The notes under the pieces: generated by a model
Database searches by the model: none
Told to the model about the DNA's origin: nothing
The model's input: only the letters and a program-made list of their open reading frames with translations
Part shown: positions 45,332-51,618 of the stretch, piece by piece
Position numbering within the stretch: the stretch's first letter is position 1
Layout of the letters: every line of letters starts with the position of its first letter
Position numbers and translations under genes: made by a program
Source of the DNA: Candidatus Eiseniibacteriota bacterium
GTDB lineage: Bacteria > Eisenbacteria > RBG-16-71-46 > CAZEPH01
Direction: 5' to 3'
Length of the DNA: 51,618 bases
Assembly (NCBI GenBank): GCA_044229145.1
Contig: JBGATO010000025.1
Coordinates: 1 to 51,618 of the forward strand

Positions 45332-46480
45332 GTGGGCAATCGACTCCCCGACTTACGTGGAGTTGCCCTTGCAGTGTTGGCTGGTGTCGCGCTTCTGCCG
45401 GCGACTGGTCACGCACTGCCGTTGTACGCAGCACGCACGGGCATGCTCTGCTCGCAGTGTCACGTCAACCCGACCGGGGCCGGCGCGCGCAATGCGTTCG
45501 GCTTCACCTACCTGCAGAACGGTCACAGCCTCACCCCGCGTCCCGTGAAGGAAGGCGAAGAGGCAGCGGCGCTCCTGTCGAACAAGGTCGGCGACTACCT
45601 GTCGTTCGGCTTCGACGGCCGGCTCATGACCTACGAATCGCAGGCGCAGCGGAACATCATCGGGATGTTCCTCATGCAGGGCGGGTTCTACGTGTCGGCA
45701 GATCTGCCGCAAGGGCTCGGCGTCTACTACAACAACGACCTCGGCCAGACGCGCGACTTCTTCGTCACCAAGCGCGGCGGCATTCCGGGCGTCTCGTACG
45801 TGAAGGTCGGCAAGTTCAAGCCGCCGTACGGGCTCAAGCTCGACGATCACCAGAGCTACATCCGCAGCAACCTCGGGTTCGGCACCAACGCGCAAGACCT
45901 CGGAATCGAGGTCGGGCGTGAGGTCAACGGTCTCTCGGTGGTCGCCGCGATCCTCAATGGCGAGGCGAACCCGAGCGTCGGGCAGTCCGATGACAACGCC
46001 GCGAAGGCCGGTGCCGCCAAGGTCGAGAAGTTGGTGTCGGTGCCGATGCTCGGCCCGGCGCGTCTCGGCGGCTCCTACTACTGGAACGACCAGAACGAGG
46101 TGAAGTCGGTGCGCTACGGCGCGTACGGCACGCTGCAGGTCGGCAACCGGTGGACGCTGCTCGGCGAAGTCGACCAGGCCGTCGACAACGGTCTCTCCGA
46201 CGCCGACGGCAAGTACCGCGACGGTCACGTCTGCGCGTACGGCGAAGTGGTGCATCAGGTGTCGCGCGACGTCAACCTGCGCGCCAAGTACGACCTCGAC
46301 TACACGGCGATCGGCGACTACGAGCGCTACTCGCTGGGCGGCAACTGGTTCTTCACGCCGTTCGCGGAGTTGAAGATTGACTACCGCTGGAACACCGAGA
46401 CGCCCTCGCTGCGCAACCCGGGGCACCTCACGGCCACGAAGAACAACGATGCGTACGTGCAATTGCACGTCGAATTCTAG
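45332..46480 (+). CDS. Monoheme cytochrome c fused to a beta-barrel (Cyc2-like architecture)
   Basis: GGAGG RBS; signal peptide ending GHA; LPLYAARTGMLCSQCH...FG; then amphipathic beta strands (YVKVGKF.PPYG) and C-terminal YVQLHVEF. Confidence 0.75.
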   Translation: MGNRLPDLRGVALAVLAGVALLPATGHALPLYAARTGMLCSQCHVNPTGAGARNAFGFTYLQNGHSLTPRPVKEGEEAAALLSNKVGDYLSFGFDGRLMTYESQAQRNIIGMFLMQGGFYVSADLPQGLGVYYNNDLGQTRDFFVTKRGGIPGVSYVKVGKFKPPYGLKLDDHQSYIRSNLGFGTNAQDLGIEVGREVNGLSVVAAILNGEANPSVGQSDDNAAKAGAAKVEKLVSVPMLGPARLGGSYYWNDQNEVKSVRYGAYGTLQVGNRWTLLGEVDQAVDNGLSDADGKYRDGHVCAYGEVVHQVSRDVNLRAKYDLDYTAIGDYERYSLGGNWFFTPFAELKIDYRWNTETPSLRNPGHLTATKNNDAYVQLHVEF

Positions 46481-46519
46481 CCGCCGCTGATCGCGGAATC
46501 GAAGGTCTTGGAGGACACC

Positions 46520-46975
46520 ATGCGTTCTCGCTCTGCCATCTTATCGGCGGCGGCATTGATCGGCCTCGTGACGGTGTTCGCGGGCTGTGTCGATGCGTTC
46601 CGTCAGTATGAAGTCTCACGTCCCGTCCCGGATCCGGCGTTGCCGTCCAGCTGGAACGGCGGCGACGGGAAGAACAGCATTTCGGAAGTCATCAACTCGG
46701 CCGGCGCGCACTGCACGCAGTGTCACGTCGGCGCGTCGGCGCCGCTCGGCTACCGTCTCGACTCGTACGCCGCCGCGGTGGGCACCGATGGCTCCGGCAA
46801 CACGATGATCATCCCGAACAACGCCGCCTCCAGCCCGCTCATGCTGCGCATGAAGGGCACCACCATCCCGTCGATGCCGTACGACGGGTGGAATCACGTC
46901 ACGGGCGCGCTCGCCCCGGAGAACGTGATCGAGGTGCTGTCGGCGTGGATCGACGCGGGGGCGCCGGAGAACTAG
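46520..46975 (+). CDS. Lipoprotein monoheme cytochrome c (planctomycete cytochrome c-like)
   Basis: GGAGG RBS; lipobox FAGC; CTQCH, YRLDSY, IIP...SSPL..R...MP (axial Met candidate), WIDAGA. Confidence 0.8.
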   Translation: MRSRSAILSAAALIGLVTVFAGCVDAFRQYEVSRPVPDPALPSSWNGGDGKNSISEVINSAGAHCTQCHVGASAPLGYRLDSYAAAVGTDGSGNTMIIPNNAASSPLMLRMKGTTIPSMPYDGWNHVTGALAPENVIEVLSAWIDAGAPEN

Positions 46976-47000
46976 GCCGCGCCGCACGCATCGCGCATCA

Positions 47001-47034
47001 CGCGAGGGGACGTCCGCGAGGGCGTCCCCTTGCG
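47001..47034. terminator. Hairpin between convergent genes, likely terminator
   Basis: cgcgaggggacgtcc-GCGA-gggcgtccccttgcg: 15-bp stem with two G-U pairs and a GNRA loop; no U-tract. Confidence 0.55.
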
Positions 47035-47043
47035 CGTGCCCGG

Positions 47044-48180
47044 CTACGACAAGCGGCGATGGAAGCGCGCCACCGCGGTGCCGAACAGCGCGGCGCCGCA
47101 CGCCGCGAGCGCCAGCAGTTCGCCGCGCAGTTGCTCCGGCCCCGCGCCCTTGATGGTCACCTCGCGCACGATCGTCAGGTAATAGCGCAGCGGATCGAGG
47201 CGGCTGATCTGCTGCATGAGCGGCGGCATGTTGTCGATGGGCGTGAAGAAGCCGCACATCATCAGGAAGAAGATGTTGAAGAACCAGGCGACGAACATCG
47301 CCTGCTGTTGCGTCGCGGCGAGGGTCGAGACGAGCAGCCCGAGGCCGAGCGTCGTCACGAGAAACAGCGCGGTGGCGCTCCACAAGAACGGCACACTGCC
47401 GGCCATCGGAATGTGGAACACCAGGCGCGCCGCGGCGAACGCGAGCGTGAACTCGACGAGTCCGAGCACCGCGAACGGCAGCAACTTGCCGAGCAGCAGC
47501 TGCGCCGGCGTGATCGGCGTCACCAGCAGTTGCTCGAGGGTGCCGAGTTCGCGTTCGCGCACGATGCCCATCGACGTGAGCAGCGTCGTCGTCATGGTGA
47601 GCAAAATGACCAGGATGCCGGGCACCATGAAGTCGCGCGTGACGAGATTCGGGTTGTACCAGACGCGCGCCTGCAGCGTGGTGGGGCGCGGCGGCGGCAC
47701 GGCGGCGGAATCCGCGGCAAGACGCGGCGCGCGGGCGTTCACGACATCCAGGGCGAACGCGCCGGTGATGCGCCACGCGTAGCCCAGCGCCAGCGACGCG
47801 GTGGACGAATTCGAGCCGTCGACCAACAGCTGCACGGTGCTGGATCCGCCGCGCGCGAGGTCGCGCGCGAAGCCGCGCGGCACCACCACCGCCACCGTCG
47901 CATCGCCGCGATCGAGGAGGTGCTCCGCCTCGGCGAGCGTCGCCGCCGGCGCCACCACCACGAAATAGTCGGTGCTTCCCAAGCGCTGCGCCAGCGCGCG
48001 GCTGTCGGCGCTGCGGTCGCGGTCGACGATCGCCATCGGCAAGCGACGCACGTCGTTCGACACCGCGAAGCCCATGAAGATCATCTGGATCACCGGCGTG
48101 ATGAACAGCAGGCCGAGCATGGTGCGGTCGCGGAAAATCTGGCGGAACTCCTTGCGCGCGAGGTGCAGGATGGCTCGCAT
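47044..48180 (-). CDS. ABC-2 type permease (YbhR-like)
   Basis: KEFRQIFRD, VDRDRS..SR, WYNPNL, IVRERELGTLEQLLVTP, GFFTPIDNMP. Confidence 0.92.
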   Translation of the reverse strand: MRAILHLARKEFRQIFRDRTMLGLLFITPVIQMIFMGFAVSNDVRRLPMAIVDRDRSADSRALAQRLGSTDYFVVVAPAATLAEAEHLLDRGDATVAVVVPRGFARDLARGGSSTVQLLVDGSNSSTASLALGYAWRITGAFALDVVNARAPRLAADSAAVPPPRPTTLQARVWYNPNLVTRDFMVPGILVILLTMTTTLLTSMGIVRERELGTLEQLLVTPITPAQLLLGKLLPFAVLGLVEFTLAFAAARLVFHIPMAGSVPFLWSATALFLVTTLGLGLLVSTLAATQQQAMFVAWFFNIFFLMMCGFFTPIDNMPPLMQQISRLDPLRYYLTIVREVTIKGAGPEQLRGELLALAACGAALFGTAVARFHRRLS

Positions 48181-48185
48181 GGCGA

Positions 48186-49301
48186 TCAGCCTCGCACCTG
48201 GGCGCGGAAGCGCACCGTGGTGAGCGCCAACACGACGACCGTCAACGCGACCAGCGACACCGCCTCCGGCACGAACACCTCCCACGACGTGCCCTTGAGG
48301 ATGATGCCGCGGATGATGATGAGATAGTAGCGCGCCGGCACGATGTGGCTCAGCACACGCAGGGGCAACGGCATCGCATCGAGCGGGAAGATGTAGCCGC
48401 TGAGGATGAACGCCGGCAGTGTGGTCGCGAGCTGCGCCGCCAGCATCGCCTGTTGCTGCGTGCTCACCAGCGTCGAGATCAGAAGCCCGATCGACAGCGC
48501 CGTGGTGACGTACAGCACGCTGAAGGCGAGCAACTGCGCGACGCTGCCATGGATGTGCACGCCGAACAGGAAGCGGCCGGTCACCAGCACCAGCACGCCA
48601 TCGGCGAAGGCGATCAGCACGTACGGCAGGACCTTGCCGATGACGATCTCCCCCGCCGTCACCGGGGAGACGAGCATCTGCTCGAGCGTGCCGGTTTCCT
48701 TCTCGCGGGCGATGGTGATCGAGGTGAGCAGCGCCGAAATCATCATGAGCAGCGTCGCCATGAGGCCGGGCACCAGGAAGTTGCTGCTCTGGAGATCCGG
48801 GTTGTACCAAACGCGCGGCACCGCTTGCACCGGGAGCGCGGTGAGCGACGGCGCGCGGCCGGGGCGGCCCGCAGCGCTGAATCCGGCCACCAGCAGTTCG
48901 GCGTCGTTGACGGCGACGTTGGCGGTAGTGGCGTCGCTGCCGTCGACGAGCAATTGCACCGTGCCGCCGTCGCCGCGCGCGCGGTCGCGCGCGAAGCCTT
49001 GCGGAATCACCAGTGCCACGCGGGCGCGGCGGGCCCACAGCCACGCGGCCGCTTCGTCGCGGTCGCGCACCTCGCCGCGCAGCGTAAAGAAGCCGCCGGC
49101 GGTGAACGCCGCCACCAACTGCCGGCTGTCCGCGCTGTGGTCGCGGTCGAGCACGCAGAGCGTGATGTGCTTGACGTCCATGTTGAGCGCGTAGCCGTAC
49201 ATCACTAGCATGAGCACCGGCATCGCCAGCACGATCATCAACGAGCGCGGATCGCGGCGAATGTGCGCGAGTTCCTTGGTGCACAGCGCGCGGCGTCTCA
49301 T
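48186..49301 (-). CDS. ABC-2 type permease (YbhS-like)
   Basis: KELAHIRRDPRS, YGYALNMDV, WYNPDL.S, IAREKETGTLEQ.LVSP, LSGYIFP..AMP. Confidence 0.92.
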   Translation of the reverse strand: MRRRALCTKELAHIRRDPRSLMIVLAMPVLMLVMYGYALNMDVKHITLCVLDRDHSADSRQLVAAFTAGGFFTLRGEVRDRDEAAAWLWARRARVALVIPQGFARDRARGDGGTVQLLVDGSDATTANVAVNDAELLVAGFSAAGRPGRAPSLTALPVQAVPRVWYNPDLQSSNFLVPGLMATLLMMISALLTSITIAREKETGTLEQMLVSPVTAGEIVIGKVLPYVLIAFADGVLVLVTGRFLFGVHIHGSVAQLLAFSVLYVTTALSIGLLISTLVSTQQQAMLAAQLATTLPAFILSGYIFPLDAMPLPLRVLSHIVPARYYLIIIRGIILKGTSWEVFVPEAVSLVALTVVVLALTTVRFRAQVRG

Positions 49302-50038
49302 CGCGCGGCCTCCGCGGCGCCGCGGACGTGCGCGATGAACACGTCCTCCATCGACGTCAGACCGGTGGCCGCCTTGAGCGCGCGCGGCGCGCCGAGCGCC
49401 ACGATGCGGCCGGCGTCCATGATCGACACCCGCGTGCAGTATTCGGCTTCGTCCATGTAGTGCGTGGTGACGAAGATGGTGGTGCCGCCGGTGGCGAGCG
49501 CGTAGATGAGATCCCAGAAGCGGCGGCGTGCGATCGGGTCCACACCGCCGGTGGGTTCGTCGAGGAAGAGGATCGCCGGTTCGTGGAGGAGCGCGCAGCC
49601 GAGGGCGAGGCGCTGCTTCCAGCCGCTCGGCAGCGCGCCGGCGAGTTGCGCGCGTTGCACGTGGAGGTCGAGCAGTGCCACGACCTCGTCGCGGCGGTGC
49701 GCGAGCCGCGTGCGATCGAGGCCGTACACGCCGCCGTAGAACGCCAAGTTCTCGTCGACCGTCAGATCGGGATAGAGCGCGAAACGCTGGGACATGTAGC
49801 CGATGGTGCGGCGGATGGCATCGCTTTCGCGGGCGATGTCGAAGCCGGCGACGCGGCCACTGCCGCTGGTCGGCGCGAGCAGACCACACAGCATGCGGAT
49901 GGTCGTCGTCTTGCCGGCGCCGTTGGCGCCGAGGAAGCCGAAGATCTCGCCGCGTTCGACGGCGAACGACACGCGGTCCACCGCGGTGAAGCGGCCGAAC
50001 GTGCGCGTGAGGTTGGTGGCTTCGACGGCGATGGTCAC
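49298..50038 (-). CDS. ABC transporter ATP-binding subunit
   Basis: GANGAGKTT, YMSQ, GWKQRLAL, FLDEPT, TTHYMDEAE; GTG start overlaps the upstream stop. Confidence 0.93.
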   Translation of the reverse strand: MTIAVEATNLTRTFGRFTAVDRVSFAVERGEIFGFLGANGAGKTTTIRMLCGLLAPTSGSGRVAGFDIARESDAIRRTIGYMSQRFALYPDLTVDENLAFYGGVYGLDRTRLAHRRDEVVALLDLHVQRAQLAGALPSGWKQRLALGCALLHEPAILFLDEPTGGVDPIARRRFWDLIYALATGGTTIFVTTHYMDEAEYCTRVSIMDAGRIVALGAPRALKAATGLTSMEDVFIAHVRGAAEAAR

Positions 50039-50988
50039 TGGCTCGCCTCCGCGCCGCGCGGCGCCATCAGGGCGACGAAGGCGTCTTCGAGCGACGGGGC
50101 GATCGGTTCGACGTGGACATCGGTGGCGCCGGCCGCCTGCAATGCGGCGTGGAGACGCGGCGTGTCGGCGGCGGCATCGTCGACGGCGACGTGCAGCGCG
50201 TCGCCGAACGTCTGCACGTCGCGCAGCCACGCGTGCCCGGCGGCGCGCAGGCGCGGCGCCACCGCCTGCGGTTGCGCGCAGCGCACCAGCAGCAGCGGAT
50301 GCGGATAGCGCGCGGGCAACGCGTCCGGCGCATCCTCGGCGAGCACGCGGCCGCGGTCGAGCAGCGTCACGCGATCGCAACGGCGCGCTTCGTCCATGTA
50401 CGGTGTCGAGACGAGGATGGTCACGCCCTCGCGCTTCACCTCGGCGAGGATGTCCCAGAATTCGCGACGCGACACTGCATCGACGCCGGTGGTCGGTTCA
50501 TCGAGCAAGAGCACGCGCGGCGTGTGGATCAGCGTGCAGGCGAGCGCCAGCTTCTGCTTCATGCCGCCGGAGAGATCGCGCGCGCGGCGCACCGTGAACT
50601 CCTCCAACATCGACCAGCGCAAGAGCCGCGGCGTGCGCGCTTCGCGTTCGGCGCGCGGCACGCCGAAGAGGTCGGAATAGAAGCGCAGATTCTCGGCGAC
50701 GGTGAGATCGGGATACAGGCTGAAGCGCTGCGGCATGTAACCGAGCAGAGTCTTGGCGGCCGCCGGCTCGCGGCGGATGTCGTGACCGGCGATCCGCACG
50801 GTGCCGGCGTCGGGCGCCAGCAGTCCGCAGAGGATGCGGATGGCCGTCGTCTTGCCGGCGCCGTCGGGCCCGAGCAGGCCGTGCAGCGCGCCGCTCGCCA
50901 CCTCCAGCGACAACGTATCGAGCGCCTGCGTCGCGCCGAAGCGCTTGCGCAGGCCGTCGACGACGATGCTGCCGTCAGCGTCCGGCAT
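50035..50988 (-). CDS. ABC transporter ATP-binding subunit
   Basis: GPDGAGKTT, YMPQ, LSGGMKQK, LLDEPT, STPYMDEA. Confidence 0.93.
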   Translation of the reverse strand: MPDADGSIVVDGLRKRFGATQALDTLSLEVASGALHGLLGPDGAGKTTAIRILCGLLAPDAGTVRIAGHDIRREPAAAKTLLGYMPQRFSLYPDLTVAENLRFYSDLFGVPRAEREARTPRLLRWSMLEEFTVRRARDLSGGMKQKLALACTLIHTPRVLLLDEPTTGVDAVSRREFWDILAEVKREGVTILVSTPYMDEARRCDRVTLLDRGRVLAEDAPDALPARYPHPLLLVRCAQPQAVAPRLRAAGHAWLRDVQTFGDALHVAVDDAAADTPRLHAALQAAGATDVHVEPIAPSLEDAFVALMAPRGAEASQ

Positions 50989-51618
50989 TCGACGCCGCGG
51001 CGAACGACACTTCCGCCGGCATGCCGATGGCCAACGCGCCGTCGGGATTCGCCAGCGTCACCTTCACGGCGAACACGAGTTCGGCGCGCGCGTCGGCGGT
51101 CTGGACGTTCTTCGGCGTGAACTCCGCCTTCGACGCGATCCACGCGACGCGGCCGGTGAACTGGCGATTCGGAAACGCATCGAGGCGCACCGGCACGTCG
51201 GCGCCCAGCCGCACCCGGCCCATCTCGCGTTCCGGCACGTAGACGCGCACCCACAGGCGCGCGAGGTCGGCGACGGTGAGGAGCGTTTGCGTCGCGCGCG
51301 CCGTCTCGCCCGGTTCGACGTCGCGCGTCAACACGGTGCCCGGCGCGAGCGCGGTGACCACACCGTCGTCGGATTGCTGCGCGAGCAGCGTGAGCGTGGC
51401 GTCCACCTCGCGGCCGCGCGCCGCCAGCGCGGCGACGTTCTCGCGCGCCGCGTCGCGCGCCGCGGATACCGCGCGCAGGTCGCTGCGCACGTCGTCGAGT
51501 TGCTGCTGCGTCGCCGCCGCCTGCGGCACCAGTGCGGCGAGCCGGCGCTCGGCGCGCTGCACCTGTTCGAGCCGCGCCTCCGCCTGCGCCAGCGTGCGCT
51601 CGGCGGCTGCGTGCTGCG
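50975..51618 (-). CDS. HlyD-family periplasmic adaptor (YbhG-like), 5' part beyond the window
   Basis: Coiled coil followed by VEPGE, LWVRVYVPE, IASKAEFTPKNVQT...R..LVFAVK, GMPAEV. Confidence 0.9.
   Translation of the reverse strand, partial: QHAAAERTLAQAEARLEQVQRAERRLAALVPQAAATQQQLDDVRSDLRAVSAARDAARENVAALAARGREVDATLTLLAQQSDDGVVTALAPGTVLTRDVEPGETARATQTLLTVADLARLWVRVYVPEREMGRVRLGADVPVRLDAFPNRQFTGRVAWIASKAEFTPKNVQTADARAELVFAVKVTLANPDGALAIGMPAEVSFAAASNAGR

Noticed and set aside
47044..51618. ABC exporter as a novel system, including the STPY H-loop variant
   Set aside because: It is an ordinary YbhGFSR-type cassette, and the STPYMDEA variant is usual in the first ATPase domain of this family.

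Overview
High-GC, gene-dense bacterial DNA from a diderm organism (porins, lipoproteins and Wza are present); the phylum cannot be fixed from this window. From left to right: a partial LamG protein; an amtB-porin pair; a housekeeping block (PIN, DUF3857, rarA, yjbQ, EamA, lysA); and a B12-domain radical SAM gene. Next is a ~23-kb surface-glycan locus in two convergent operons, with a Wzc whose kinase motifs are degenerate, Wzx, a Wzy/WaaL-like protein, Wza, two GH39-like paralogs, a GmhB-like HAD phosphatase, a prenol kinase-DUF92 fusion, an SDR and six cytoplasmic alkaline-phosphatase-superfamily (COG3379-type) paralogs. This locus has no recognisable glycosyltransferase. Inside it is an unannotated ~215-nt plus-strand element: a sigma54-type promoter, three CATGGA hairpins at ~40-nt spacing and an intrinsic terminator, resembling a CsrA/RsmA-titrating sRNA. 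The rest contains FN3 and PEGA proteins, a divergent ychF, a spt-bcerS-cerR-like ceramide operon, ctaA-ctaB followed by a monoheme cytochrome-beta-barrel fusion (Cyc2-like architecture) and a lipoprotein cytochrome c, and a YbhGFSR-type ABC exporter. No CRISPR array, tRNA, rRNA or transposase was seen. All calls come from reading motifs by eye; no database search was run.
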